64,000 nucleotides of DNA from Bdellovibrionales bacterium (GCA_965217115.1 OZ244239.1:256001-320000); one strand, 5' to 3'; shown: positions 49,696-60,360, numbered from the stretch's first letter. A program made the numbers and translations. Notes: generated by a model from the letters alone, not told the origin.

Positions 49696-51678
49696 CTATA
49701 CAGTTACAGGATCAGAACCACCAACATCAGAATTATTGACATCAATATTATCAACCACAGACTCGTCTTCGTCGTTAAGTGCTTGTAACTCTTCAGCAGT
49801 TATTTTGTTTGCCTCTTTTTGCTCTTCTTGTTCAATTCGTCGCTTAGACAAACCTTCTAGAGATAAACCATCATAGATGAGATCCACTTCCTCTCCATTG
49901 AGAGTTTCATACTCAAGTAACGATTTTGCTAAAACATGAAGAATCTCGGTTTTTTCATTTAAGATACGTTTAGCAGTCTCGTAACCTTCATCGATTAAAC
50001 GAGAGACCTCTCGATCAATCTCCTCTGAAATTGCATCGGAATGGGTCTCAGAATTATTCTGCTGCATTCCTAAGAATACAGGACCTTCGCTCTTAGCATA
50101 GGATTGAGGGCCTAGTTTCTCACTCATTCCCCACTCACAAACCATACGTCGAGACAGGCTCGTTGCCTTTTCAATATCATTGCCTGCACCCGTAGTATAA
50201 TCAGTAAAAATAATTTCTTCGGCTGCTCGTCCACCAAAGAGATAGGCGATCAAGTTTGTCGCCTTGCTCTTGGACATGCTTAAACTGTCTTCCTTTGGCA
50301 AAGTATAGGTCACGCCTAAAGCCATTCCCCGTGGAATGATCGTCACCTTGTGAATAGGATCTAAGCCAGGCAAGAATTTGCCCACAAGAGTGTGTCCCGC
50401 CTCGTGATAAGCTGTCATTTTTTTATCGGCATCACTGATAACCATCGAACGACGCTCCGAACCCAGCATGACCTTATCCTTAGCCAACTCAAAATCTTCC
50501 CCTTCAAGATAGCGCTTGTCACTCCTGGCTGCCAAGAGAGCGGCCTCATTGACCAAGTTTTCCAAATCAGCCCCCGAAAATCCAGGAGTTCCACGGGCAA
50601 TTTTTTCTAACTCCACTTTCGGCGCCAAGGGCGTTCGACGTGTATGTACATCTAAAATCTTTTTACGTCCCAGAAGATCGGGATTACTCACCATCACTCG
50701 ACGATCAAAACGCCCTGGTCGCAGCAATGCTGGATCTAAAACATCTGGCCTATTTGTAGCCGCAATAAGGATCACTCCCTCATTGTCCTCAAAACCATCC
50801 ATCTCCACCAAGAGTTGATTCAAAGTCTGTTCACGCTCATCGTGACCGCCTCCCATACCTGAACCACGGTGACGACCGACGGCATCTATCTCATCAATAA
50901 AAATCAAACACGGTGAATGTTTCTTCCCTTGCTCAAAAAGATCACGCACACGACTAGCGCCCACACCGACAAACATCTCCACAAAGTCTGAACCTGAAAT
51001 ACTAAAAAATGGCACACCAGCCTCTCCTGCCACTGCACGCGCCAAGAGAGTCTTACCCGTTCCCGGAGGTCCCACCAATAAAACACCTTTAGGAATACGT
51101 CCACCCAGGCGAGTGTATTTTCTAGGATTTTTTAAGAAGTTCACAATCTCCTGCAACTCCTCTTTAGCTTCTTCAATCCCAGCAACATCCTTAAACGTCA
51201 CTTTCTTTTTTGATTCGTGCAGTAACTTTGCTTTGCTCTTACCAAAAGACATGGCTTTACCACCACCAGCCTGAACTTGACGCATAATAAATATGAACAT
51301 TCCAATAATGAGAATCAGCGGTAACCAATTAATTAAAATATTTTGCAACAAAGAATCATCTTCACCACGAGCAAAATTAGGCGTGAGACCATAGGACTCT
51401 ATCATCTTGATTCCTGTATCCCCTGTATTGCCCACGATAGTAAAGAGCTTGCCGCCATACTCATCTATAAACTCAGGGCTTATCTCTCCAGTTATTTCAT
51501 TATTATCCTGATGAAGAATCACATTATCAATATGCTTATTTTCCAAAGCGTTTTTAAACTTAGAGTAGGAAAAATCAGGAATCATCACCGAGCGTTGTTT
51601 TTCATAGGCCGAAAAGACAAAGATTGCGATCACAATAAGAAAGAACCAAAGAGCGACGGTTTTTTGCGTATTTTTCAT
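49696..51678 (-). CDS. ftsH: ATP-dependent zinc metalloprotease FtsH
   Basis: Two TMs, [32 protein letters not shown]. Confidence 0.98.
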   Translation of the reverse strand: MKNTQKTVALWFFLIVIAIFVFSAYEKQRSVMIPDFSYSKFKNALENKHIDNVILHQDNNEITGEISPEFIDEYGGKLFTIVGNTGDTGIKMIESYGLTPNFARGEDDSLLQNILINWLPLILIIGMFIFIMRQVQAGGGKAMSFGKSKAKLLHESKKKVTFKDVAGIEEAKEELQEIVNFLKNPRKYTRLGGRIPKGVLLVGPPGTGKTLLARAVAGEAGVPFFSISGSDFVEMFVGVGASRVRDLFEQGKKHSPCLIFIDEIDAVGRHRGSGMGGGHDEREQTLNQLLVEMDGFEDNEGVILIAATNRPDVLDPALLRPGRFDRRVMVSNPDLLGRKKILDVHTRRTPLAPKVELEKIARGTPGFSGADLENLVNEAALLAARSDKRYLEGEDFELAKDKVMLGSERRSMVISDADKKMTAYHEAGHTLVGKFLPGLDPIHKVTIIPRGMALGVTYTLPKEDSLSMSKSKATNLIAYLFGGRAAEEIIFTDYTTGAGNDIEKATSLSRRMVCEWGMSEKLGPQSYAKSEGPVFLGMQQNNSETHSDAISEEIDREVSRLIDEGYETAKRILNEKTEILHVLAKSLLEYETLNGEEVDLIYDGLSLEGLSKRRIEQEEQKEANKITAEELQALNDEDESVVDNIDVNNSDVGGSDPVTV

Positions 51679-51717
51679 ATTTCATCCAATAAAAAAGTTG
51701 TAAATAGCATTCCTTTA

Positions 51718-51746
51718 AGACTAGCACGCCCCCCCCCACAACTCAA
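51718..51746 (-). promoter_or_regulatory. Sigma70 promoter of the ftsH operon, with a G9 tract in the spacer
   Basis: Minus strand TTGAGT-tgtgggggggggcgtgc(17)-TAGTCT, with a TGn extension. Confidence 0.55.
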
Positions 51747-51778
51747 CGTAACTATTTAATAAATGCTATTAGACTGGG

Positions 51779-52753
51779 TTAAGAGAAGCCAAAGTGCCGA
51801 GTGTCAACCAACCATTCACATCTCGCCACTACAAAAGAGAAATTCTTTTGCTCTGTGCGTAAACGTTTATAGATCTCACCGACATGACCAGCCGTGTAGG
51901 AGTTCACATTCTTACTTTTCAAATAGAAGGCTAAAAATCTTTTCTTATCTCCCTCTGCAAGGGCTTCATAGGAACGGCGACATATTCTCTCTTCTCCGAC
52001 AAGCAGTTTCTCCCACTGCTCACTGCTTTGAGTCCCTGCCTTCTCTACCTCTTGGGAAATCAGCTCTAGAGAACTCCCTAAGCTATTCACGCTGCCTTCA
52101 CGCTTTTTCTCTAAACTCACTAACCACTCTTGCCTCAGCCAATTTCGAAGGGGCTCAATGCTCTTGTTGCTCGGATCTTCCAGCCACCCTTCGGACCACT
52201 TATTCTCAACATAAGACTTCAACTCTTTCCGACGAATCTGTAGAAATGGACGATATATCTGCAACGACCCACACCCACTTAAAACTCCCATAGACTCAAG
52301 CCCTCCGGCTCCTGTTCCTCGAATCAAGCGAATCAAACGAGTTTCAAGTAAATCATCCCAATGATGACCCTGAACCAGATATCTATACCCTTGGGATTGT
52401 TGAATTTTAATAAGTTCTTCCCGGCGCAATTTGCGTAGGCTATCCTCACTCCCGTGACTCTTATTCCCATCACTGTGCTGATTGCCATCGGTATTAGAAT
52501 AAAATGGCCTTTTCAGGTTGATAGCCAATCTCTCTACAAAGCCATAGGCGCGGTTACGATAAATCTCATTTTCTGCAGAGCCATGGTGAATATAAGCCAG
52601 ACCCATTTTTAAGTTTAACTTCTTAGACAGGACATCCATGGCAAAGGCTGCCGCCACAGAGTCAACTCCTCCAGAACAACACACCAGAAATGACGGCGAC
52701 TCTAACTCTAAGTGGGAAAACTCTTTGAAAATACCCATCTCCAAAGAGTTCAA
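51779..52753 (-). CDS. tilS: tRNA(Ile)-lysidine synthase
   Basis: SGGVDS, GHHWDDLLET, RGTG, RPFL, EDPSN, RNWLR. Confidence 0.93.
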   Translation of the reverse strand: MNSLEMGIFKEFSHLELESPSFLVCCSGGVDSVAAAFAMDVLSKKLNLKMGLAYIHHGSAENEIYRNRAYGFVERLAINLKRPFYSNTDGNQHSDGNKSHGSEDSLRKLRREELIKIQQSQGYRYLVQGHHWDDLLETRLIRLIRGTGAGGLESMGVLSGCGSLQIYRPFLQIRRKELKSYVENKWSEGWLEDPSNKSIEPLRNWLRQEWLVSLEKKREGSVNSLGSSLELISQEVEKAGTQSSEQWEKLLVGEERICRRSYEALAEGDKKRFLAFYLKSKNVNSYTAGHVGEIYKRLRTEQKNFSFVVARCEWLVDTRHFGFS

Positions 52754-52776
52754 GCGATACTTTAAAATCTTGTCAC

Positions 52777-53295
52777 CTACCAGTTATTCCAACCTTTGGT
52801 AAAACAGCTTCCAAGACGGCAGCTCATACGGCGACGAACTCCTGACCCTCTAAATATCCAACCAAAGCGAGTGCAGTCACTCTGAAGACATTGGATTCTA
52901 AAGCTCTTGTGTTTCTCTCGGATACGCCAACCATTGGTAAAGCAGCTGGGCCTAGACAAAACATCTCTCTGATCAGAGCCAGAAGTGGATTGAGAACAAA
53001 AAATCTGACGAATAAGATAGCCATTAAGCAATTCTTCATCCCAACCATATTCAAAACAATCGCCACTGTGACAACGAATGCTTAAATGAGCATCGCCTAC
53101 ATAGCTCAATACATCCCAGCCATTGTGACGACAATCATTGTCCACACACTCAACTTCTCCCGTGATAAAACCATTGTTAAAAACAACCCAACCGTTGGTT
53201 AAACAGTTGTCTTCATTACAAGACACCTGCACATCACCATAAGCTGCACCCATCATGCTCAAAAATACAAATATCACGCCCATCAGCTTAGTCAT
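52777..53295 (-). CDS. Secreted Cys-rich repeat protein
   Basis: ATG 53295 after AGGGAGG. Signal peptide, then six C-x4-C-x3-GW units. Confidence 0.75.
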   Translation of the reverse strand: MTKLMGVIFVFLSMMGAAYGDVQVSCNEDNCLTNGWVVFNNGFITGEVECVDNDCRHNGWDVLSYVGDAHLSIRCHSGDCFEYGWDEELLNGYLIRQIFCSQSTSGSDQRDVLSRPSCFTNGWRIREKHKSFRIQCLQSDCTRFGWIFRGSGVRRRMSCRLGSCFTKGWNNW

Positions 53296-53387
53296 CAAAA
53301 CCTCCCTACTCGGATATTCACGGCAAATCGCCAAACCCAAGGGGCATTTCCCCATTTGAGCTAAAAAAAGTCAATGATATGATGCTG

Positions 53388-53738
53388 TCAGTCATTTTCT
53401 TGGGGGGCTTTTTTCTCAAACTCGATCTCTGCTGAGACTTTAACCTTATGACCTCTCGCAAAACGGACGATTTCTTTAGAAAAATCCACCTGCTTCAGCA
53501 TTTTAAGTATCTCTCCACTGACACGATTAACCAGGTCCTCTTTTGATTTAGCCGCACCTTGTAAGAGTCCATTGAGAATATCTTTAGGCAATTTAACCTC
53601 ACCTAAGTAGGAGCGAATACCTTCTTCTGTCATAAACGCTGCCCCTGCCCCAAGGGTCAAAATTTTCTTAAGAGTGTCCCCAAGACCAAATCCAGAGTCC
53701 TCTGTTAATTCTGTTTCATCTTCACTATCGGTTGCCAT
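53388..53738 (-). CDS. Hypothetical protein
   Basis: LKKILTLGAGAAFMTEEGIR...KLPKD. Overlaps the upstream SRPBCC gene. Confidence 0.75.
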   Translation of the reverse strand: MATDSEDETELTEDSGFGLGDTLKKILTLGAGAAFMTEEGIRSYLGEVKLPKDILNGLLQGAAKSKEDLVNRVSGEILKMLKQVDFSKEIVRFARGHKVKVSAEIEFEKKAPQEND

Positions 53739-54159
53739 AAAGATCTTCCACTCTTTTGTGATAAGCACTCATCATGCTTGGCAGATTCACATTCACAAGA
53801 GCCTTAGCCACAGGGCTTGGGACAAACATCGTAAACTTAGCGTCAATCATATACTCGGCCCGCACTTGACCAGCCTCCTCAGTTAATTTCCAAGAACCAA
53901 TAGAGCTTTTAAAGATATCTCCTGAAGCAAATTCCCAAGAAACTTCTTCGGTGTTCTCCTCACTCATCCACAGACGATAGGTAAAGTTCTTAATCAATGA
54001 AATACTATATTCAACGAGTTTACGATTTTCCTCACTCTGAATAATTTGACAGGTTTTTACTTCAGGCAAGAACTCAGGATACTTTTCATAATCAGTCACA
54101 ATGGCAAAAAATTGCTCCACACTGCAGTTAAAAACTTCCGTCGTTTGCGCCTGTGCCAT
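53725..54159 (-). CDS. SRPBCC/START-fold (Coq10/RatA-like) protein
   Basis: VTDYEKYPEFLP, GSWKL. Confidence 0.88.
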   Translation of the reverse strand: MAQAQTTEVFNCSVEQFFAIVTDYEKYPEFLPEVKTCQIIQSEENRKLVEYSISLIKNFTYRLWMSEENTEEVSWEFASGDIFKSSIGSWKLTEEAGQVRAEYMIDAKFTMFVPSPVAKALVNVNLPSMMSAYHKRVEDLYGNR

Positions 54160-54288
54160 GATGCCCCCTAAAAAAAGTATCTTCTCATTCCATTATAACA
54201 AGAAAACTCATTTAAAAGTCCAGCATAAAAAAACGAATAACCTGTTTTCATCTGTGACAAACGTGATCTGCCAAGAACCCTTTTATGG

Positions 54289-55269
54289 TTAAAAAATCTT
54301 CTTTAAGGAGATATTATGGTGAGCATCAATCATTCGCACGGTTCCTGTTTTGGAGCGCATGATAATAGATTGGGTCGTTAGATGATGGGCATTCTTATAA
54401 ACCACTCCATGCACTAGAGGCCCGTGGGTGACTCCTGTACATGAGAACATCACATCTCCAGAGGCTAGTTCATCAATCTTGTAGGCTTTATCCAAATCAG
54501 TCACTCCCATCTTTGTGGCACGTTCACGTTCACTGTCATTACGGAAGTTCAATCGCCCTTGAAAATCTCCACCAATACAACGCAACGCTGCCGCTGCAAT
54601 AACTCCCTCTGGAGCTCCTCCAGTTCCCATCATCATATCAATACCCATATCACCCCAAGAAGTCGCTATTGCTCCTGACACATCACCGTCATCAATCAAG
54701 TGAATTCTGGCTCCCTGCTCTCGCACTTGTCTAATCAACTCTTCATGTCTCGGTCGATTGAGTATCACTACGGTCACATCTTTTAAGGATTTTTTAAGAG
54801 ATTTAGCCACAGCCTGGAGGTTGTCTCTCGTGGAAGCATCAATATCTATAAGCCCTTTTGCCTTTGGGCCCACTGCTATCTTGTCCATATAAGTGTCGGG
54901 AGCATGCAGAAATCCACCGTGTTCAGCTAAGGCCACAACAGATGTTGCCCCGACCCCTCCTCTTGCGCAAATCGTAGTTCCCTCTAGGGGATCTAGAGCG
55001 ATATCAATCACAGGGTCACTCTCGCCTCCTCGACCTACTTTTTCTCCAATATAGAGCATAGGAGCTTCATCTCTCTCCCCTTCACCGATGACCACCGTGC
55101 CATTAATACTAATACCATCGAAAGCCTTTCTCATGGCATCTACCGCCAATTGATCTGCCCCTTTTTCGTCTCCTTTTCCCATCAAACGAGACGATGCCAG
55201 TGCAGCGGCCTCTGTCACTCGAACTAATTCTAAGGCGAGATTTCTATCCATAAATTCATTTTCTCCCAT
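54289..55269 (-). CDS. glpX: Class II fructose-1,6-bisphosphatase
   Basis: VRVTEAAAL, VIGEGERDEAPML, DPLEGT, DGDV, GGAPEGV. Confidence 0.97.
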   Translation of the reverse strand: MGENEFMDRNLALELVRVTEAAALASSRLMGKGDEKGADQLAVDAMRKAFDGISINGTVVIGEGERDEAPMLYIGEKVGRGGESDPVIDIALDPLEGTTICARGGVGATSVVALAEHGGFLHAPDTYMDKIAVGPKAKGLIDIDASTRDNLQAVAKSLKKSLKDVTVVILNRPRHEELIRQVREQGARIHLIDDGDVSGAIATSWGDMGIDMMMGTGGAPEGVIAAAALRCIGGDFQGRLNFRNDSERERATKMGVTDLDKAYKIDELASGDVMFSCTGVTHGPLVHGVVYKNAHHLTTQSIIMRSKTGTVRMIDAHHNISLKKIF

Positions 55270-55331
55270 AACTCTGATGATCGTAAATCATCTGGTGAAA
55301 GCACTCAAACAGTGTATAATAGAACACAGAT

Positions 55332-55898
55332 ATGAAGATCAATACAAAATTAAAAAAACTCCCCCTCATTTTAACCCTTGCACGTATCGCTGTCGTGCCA
55401 ATTATCATGTATCTTATAGCCATAGAGACGCAGGCAACCAATTGGTGGGCTTGTGCTCTTTTTCTTTTGGCCTCCATCACCGACTATCTTGACGGTTTTT
55501 TTGCCCGACGATGGAATGCCACGACGAACCTGGGAAAGTTTTTAGACCCTGTTGCAGATAAAATTCTTATTTTATCTGTCCTTATTATGCTCATCCCCGG
55601 CGATCATTTAGGCCCCGGTTATTTGGGATCGTTAATGGTGGTTCTACTCATGACCCGAGATATACTTATCGGTGCGATACGCGCTGCTGCCGCTGCTGAG
55701 AATACCATCATCTCTGCTGCTCCCTTGGGCAAATACAAAACGGCTCTGCAGATGATCGGTATCCCCGCTATTCTCATTGGTGATTTCACATATCTTCCCA
55801 TTTCTTTAATTTCTCTAGGGCTCTATGCTCTTTGGATAAGCGTTGTTCTCAGCACAATCAGTGGCTTGGATTACTTGATCAAGTACACCAATAGTTAA
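55332..55898 (+). CDS. pgsA: CDP-diacylglycerol--glycerol-3-phosphate 3-phosphatidyltransferase
   Basis: TDYLDGFFAR, GKFLDPVADK, GKYKTALQM. Confidence 0.93.
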   Translation: MKINTKLKKLPLILTLARIAVVPIIMYLIAIETQATNWWACALFLLASITDYLDGFFARRWNATTNLGKFLDPVADKILILSVLIMLIPGDHLGPGYLGSLMVVLLMTRDILIGAIRAAAAAENTIISAAPLGKYKTALQMIGIPAILIGDFTYLPISLISLGLYALWISVVLSTISGLDYLIKYTNS

Positions 55899-56134
55899 AG
55901 AAGTGACATTCTGACCTGGAAGTCCATCATCATAGCCTCTTCATTTTGAAAAACCGTAAGAATACAACTTCCTCTTGGACCTTTAACAACCACGGCAACC
56001 CTCTGTTTAGGATCTTTTAGATACTCCCCCACATCAGTATGAGTAAAAGCCTGATCAAAACCTTCTTCTTGTAAAAAAAACTCGGCTTCTTTCATCGATA
56101 AAAACCTGTGGTTTTCACTAATACGATCACTCAC
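55895..56134 (-). CDS. Small hypothetical protein
   Basis: 79-aa ORF directly downstream of the cyclase gene, with protein-like composition. Confidence 0.55.
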   Translation of the reverse strand: MSDRISENHRFLSMKEAEFFLQEEGFDQAFTHTDVGEYLKDPKQRVAVVVKGPRGSCILTVFQNEEAMMMDFQVRMSLL

Positions 56135-56170
56135 TTCTTCGCCCTTCCTTGCCTACAAGCACAATCTAAC

Positions 56171-58339
56171 TCAGGCAGCATAGTGTTTTTTCACATCTTT
56201 TTCAAACAAAGAATCTGTCTCTATGAGTTTTTGAATCAACTCATTCAAAGATTCATCTTGAATTTTTCTTGCCGCAATAAGTGCTTGTCGTCGAACTTTT
56301 TCATTATCATGATCGATGTAGCCCCTTAGACTCGTTACTAGATTCCGCAGGGGCGTGGAAGTTTCAAAGGCAACTAGATTCTCTTTTTTATAAAAACTAG
56401 CTAATTCACCAAGAACAAATAATGCCGACGCTGTATAATCTGATCTTTTGTCCCTTAACATCTTCGTCAGAACCCTTAACAGAGGCTTTCCTAAATTCTC
56501 TCGACCCGTTTTAATAAGGACGTTTGCCAACACTCTGTTATTGACATGATGAATAAGTCTATCTTCAAATAATTTTTCAAGGGGGACATTAAAGTACTGA
56601 TAGACTTCAATAATATTGGCCATCAAGCGATGACTCTTCCCTCTCTCAAGGAACCCATCAAAAATAGGCTCAATTTCATTAATGAAAGTCTCGCGGTCAA
56701 ATAAAGCCGTTGATAGATTTACTGCTGTCGAGAGAAGAAACGTCCACTGGCTTCCATCATGGTTCTCACAATGTGAATGGAAAACATTTAGAATCTTCTG
56801 GTACTCCTTCACTAACTCATCATCAGACACAGATATTTTAAAATCCCCAATAACAGATAGAGCCTGAGTGTAAAATTGATGGTTCATCGTCTTTGGCGTT
56901 GAGATCAATGACTCTGATATAAAAGATAACATCTCAAGAACGGACGGAAGGCTACGGTAATAAGTCAGTTTTTTCATACCAACATTTGTTTTTTGCAGAT
57001 GGTTGAGATACGTAGACAAAGGCTTGTGCTCTTTATAAGAGTAAATTTGTACAGGCTGTGGAAGTCCCTTAAGCTCAACGAGATCACCACGCTCACTTTT
57101 ACATAGGAAATCAATGTTCGCAGCAAAATCATTGTTATAATAAGCAGTGTTCATTTCTCTCTCTTTAATATGAGATAAAATACGTACAGTTTCAATCAAT
57201 ATTCCCCCTGAGAGGGAGTGTCCATTAACTTGTTTACCAAAACGTAAATCACCATGGGCTAAAGCCGATTTTACAAAAAAGCCATAACCATTTTCTTCCT
57301 GTACCCTCTTATTAAATCGAGCGGCGGTCTCATTGATCTCACGCACGGCGCTTATAGCAATGGCACGAGAATTTTGATGTTGATCATCCTTAAAGTAATA
57401 GATCACTTCATCACCGAGAAACTCAGAGAGAACCCCTCCATAACGAGACACAATGACAGTTACTTCTGTGAAAAAATCATTAATCACGGACATAAAGGCC
57501 TCAACTGAATAATGATTAAATATATGACTAAAATTATTTATATCTGTCCGCACTATAGTACAATCAAACCTGTATGGAGCTTTTTTACCAGAATCTATTT
57601 CTGTCTTAAGAGCTGATAGAACCTGATTCCCTAGTTTAAAGTTCTCATCCTCAAGAGTTTCTACTCTATCTCTGAAGGCACCAAAGCCCTTTGCCAACGC
57701 TTCACCTTCTTCAGATTTGTGTTTAATATCTTGTAGCTCCTTCTTAGAACCTCTGACCATGAGCTTTAGAGTTAATGAGATCTCTTTAAAATAGTACAGG
57801 CTAATTAATAATAGAGAGACAAAAACAAAGAGGATCTCTCTTAAATAATCTCCTCTATAGTTCATGAATTGCTCAAAAACTCTATAAAATCCAGGATTAA
57901 TCACTCCGACGGTGAACACTTTATCGCCAACACGGGTGCTGGCATAAGCCATGTTTTTGAAGTCGAGAACGTGACCAATGCTCTCTGTCAATATATCCTT
58001 CGGTGGGTTCTCCAATGCTTTAGAGTAAAAGTACTCTAACTTTCCATTTAAAACCTTCTTCAACGTTGATCGACTCACGTCAGTGATCATGTAAAAATCC
58101 ACAAAATTTTGATCTATGGCTCTTTCCACGTGAAGAGCAGCCTGTTCTGTCTGACCTAACTGTAAAAACCCTCGGCCCATATCGATATAGGATTGCATAT
58201 TTTCAATTTTTCTATTCTCTACAGCATTCCAACTTTCATGTGAATGCCTTAAAATATCAAAGGCGTAATACAAGATATAGGTACACAAAAAAGCACTCAC
58301 TATCAGAAAAACTGTCTGTTTTTTTTTCTTTAACTCCAT
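56171..58339 (-). CDS. Membrane class III nucleotide cyclase with C-terminal HEAT/ARM-like repeats
   Basis: Two TMs around a sensor region. TIVRTDINNFS and SEFLGDEV. C-terminal RVLAN..., SALFVLGEL and KVRRQAL helices. Confidence 0.82.
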   Translation of the reverse strand: MELKKKKQTVFLIVSAFLCTYILYYAFDILRHSHESWNAVENRKIENMQSYIDMGRGFLQLGQTEQAALHVERAIDQNFVDFYMITDVSRSTLKKVLNGKLEYFYSKALENPPKDILTESIGHVLDFKNMAYASTRVGDKVFTVGVINPGFYRVFEQFMNYRGDYLREILFVFVSLLLISLYYFKEISLTLKLMVRGSKKELQDIKHKSEEGEALAKGFGAFRDRVETLEDENFKLGNQVLSALKTEIDSGKKAPYRFDCTIVRTDINNFSHIFNHYSVEAFMSVINDFFTEVTVIVSRYGGVLSEFLGDEVIYYFKDDQHQNSRAIAISAVREINETAARFNKRVQEENGYGFFVKSALAHGDLRFGKQVNGHSLSGGILIETVRILSHIKEREMNTAYYNNDFAANIDFLCKSERGDLVELKGLPQPVQIYSYKEHKPLSTYLNHLQKTNVGMKKLTYYRSLPSVLEMLSFISESLISTPKTMNHQFYTQALSVIGDFKISVSDDELVKEYQKILNVFHSHCENHDGSQWTFLLSTAVNLSTALFDRETFINEIEPIFDGFLERGKSHRLMANIIEVYQYFNVPLEKLFEDRLIHHVNNRVLANVLIKTGRENLGKPLLRVLTKMLRDKRSDYTASALFVLGELASFYKKENLVAFETSTPLRNLVTSLRGYIDHDNEKVRRQALIAARKIQDESLNELIQKLIETDSLFEKDVKKHYAA

Positions 58340-58386
58340 TAGGTTTTCTCCTCATTTTAATAATGACTCTTTGAGTGCCCATTTAA

Positions 58387-60360
58387 TTAAAGTTTATCCA
58401 TTTTTCCTTTCCTGTAACTATAATGTTTTTTACACTTCTCACTACAACCATAAGTTACGCCTAGGTGATCAATACGGATGCCTTGGTTCTTTAACCTTTC
58501 AGCTATCCCCTCTCTCTTAGCTCTCAGCGACTGAATAATCCTACGGGGATTATTCTCAATATTGTAAATCATCAGCCCTGTTGAGAGTGAACTGGAATAA
58601 GAACCCCTGCCACTTCCATCATCGTCCTGGAGATTGGGTTTTTTAGCCCCTTGAGTTTTTACATTTACATTTACATTTACCCCTCCCTTGTCTTTGCCTT
58701 TAGGTGAATAGAATATTTTAGGTCCATTCTCTGAACTCCCATCAGAAACAGTTTTACCAGGCAAGACAAGCACTCTGCCTTGATTTGTTGACCTGGACCC
58801 CTTTATTTTTCTTCCTTGCGTCACATCAGTCTGCTCATGTCTCTTTCCTTTTACCCCTTCTCCAAATTCTACCAGTGGTTTTTTCTCGAGAAATCTTTCA
58901 CTGTCGCCCTGTGGAGGGGGGGGGGGCTGGGTTTCTTTAGGGGTTTCTTTAGAAGTTTCTTTAAAATTTTCTTCCACTTCGCCACTCCCTTCTGGAACAC
59001 GCCCTTTTATGACGGTCCACTGGGGAGGTGCAAAATTGCTGGCAGGCAAGCTTCTTTCCACTCCTTCACCTTTGGCGACAGCCTGGGGTAAAAAGGCGGC
59101 ACGTAAAACTCCACTTGCACGGCCTATCAGGGGGTTGACTCTTTCCAGCTGCGCGCTAACATTCAAACGACCCTCGGCTGTTGAAACTGGTAGAGGGAAT
59201 TTATTACGTAATTGCCCCCTATGCCCAGGTGACGCTTGATCTAGAGGGGGCGGCAGCCCACTTTCTACGACACTTGCAGCATTGAAAACACTCGCTCCCA
59301 CTTCGTTTGTTTTTCCATTAGCGCCAAGTACTGCTATTTTCGTATTTATTTTTTTATCCTTAAGCAAGTCTTTACAGGAGTCCTCATCTTCATCGAAACA
59401 ACAACCGATGACCACATCCGTGGATTCACCCAATGTTTTCCGCAAAAAACCATCGATAAATACATCCTGAACGTATTCTCCATCCCCAGAGGACAGAACA
59501 CTCTCTGGAATATTCATCTGATTTTTACCATCAATAAAAGACGGCTCACTCGTGTCTCTCTTACAAGCTATCTTAGGAGCTTTAAGGTTCAATATATCCG
59601 CCTTAACTTGAGTGACCATTTTGTTCAATTTCATCTTTTGTAAACAAGAAACTCCAACACTCTCCACAGCAGTCACAGCTTTGACACCACCTTCCACCAT
59701 CTGCTCTCTATGCTCGTTAGAAAAACCCTGGCAAGACTTGTCCATTAATAAGTCCAAGGATTTTTTAATCCAAATTTTTCGAAAAGTAACTTGAAGCTCC
59801 CTCATATCCTGTAGATTCCCGCTCTGATGACAGGCATTTATATGTCCCAAACGTAAAAGACCTTTCGGGGTCCTCTTGTGCACAAACGGCGTTTCTGTAT
59901 AGGGCTGGGACTCTTTGCCCACAAATTTGTAAATCTTCTCTTTAGAATCGTAAGAGTAGGTGAGTTTCTGTTTCACTCCATGGACTTCACGCAAGAGATA
60001 TAGCTTTTGATAGTGTCCTTGATGATCGGGGGTGGCGTATCGTAATTCAACACCATCTTTTCTAATGATCGCCTCATCCACGTGGCCATTACCACTGTTG
60101 TCATGGTACTCCAACCTGATGTCAGACGTCTTTCCTCCGGGACTATCAACTAAGATGATTTGATGATTTACATTTCCATCTTCATCCATGTTTTCTACAA
60201 TCCTGTGGGCGAGTCCCTTTTCAGAAGTCCACTCTTTCGTCGATAGTTTCGCCTCTGCTACAGACAGGGCAGAGCAAATAACTGCTAAAAGAAAAGATCT
60301 TAAACACCCATCTCCCAAAGAAATCACTCCCTCATTTTTAAGCACGAACCCACGCAACAC
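58387..60360 (-). CDS. Hypothetical secreted protein with a Cys-containing core and low-complexity linker
   Basis: 657-aa ORF, AGGAG RBS, signal-like segment ending LSVAEA. Confidence 0.7.
   Translation of the reverse strand: MLRGFVLKNEGVISLGDGCLRSFLLAVICSALSVAEAKLSTKEWTSEKGLAHRIVENMDEDGNVNHQIILVDSPGGKTSDIRLEYHDNSGNGHVDEAIIRKDGVELRYATPDHQGHYQKLYLLREVHGVKQKLTYSYDSKEKIYKFVGKESQPYTETPFVHKRTPKGLLRLGHINACHQSGNLQDMRELQVTFRKIWIKKSLDLLMDKSCQGFSNEHREQMVEGGVKAVTAVESVGVSCLQKMKLNKMVTQVKADILNLKAPKIACKRDTSEPSFIDGKNQMNIPESVLSSGDGEYVQDVFIDGFLRKTLGESTDVVIGCCFDEDEDSCKDLLKDKKINTKIAVLGANGKTNEVGASVFNAASVVESGLPPPLDQASPGHRGQLRNKFPLPVSTAEGRLNVSAQLERVNPLIGRASGVLRAAFLPQAVAKGEGVERSLPASNFAPPQWTVIKGRVPEGSGEVEENFKETSKETPKETQPPPPPQGDSERFLEKKPLVEFGEGVKGKRHEQTDVTQGRKIKGSRSTNQGRVLVLPGKTVSDGSSENGPKIFYSPKGKDKGGVNVNVNVKTQGAKKPNLQDDDGSGRGSYSSSLSTGLMIYNIENNPRRIIQSLRAKREGIAERLKNQGIRIDHLGVTYGCSEKCKKHYSYRKGKMDKL

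Noticed and set aside
50392..52293. Antisense ORFs over ftsH and tilS (and similar short ORFs elsewhere in the track)
   Set aside because: They are shadow frames of well-conserved genes with no motifs of their own.
53388..54159. RatA-like toxin-antitoxin pair
   Set aside because: The SRPBCC fold alone is not diagnostic, and the partner does not resemble RatB.
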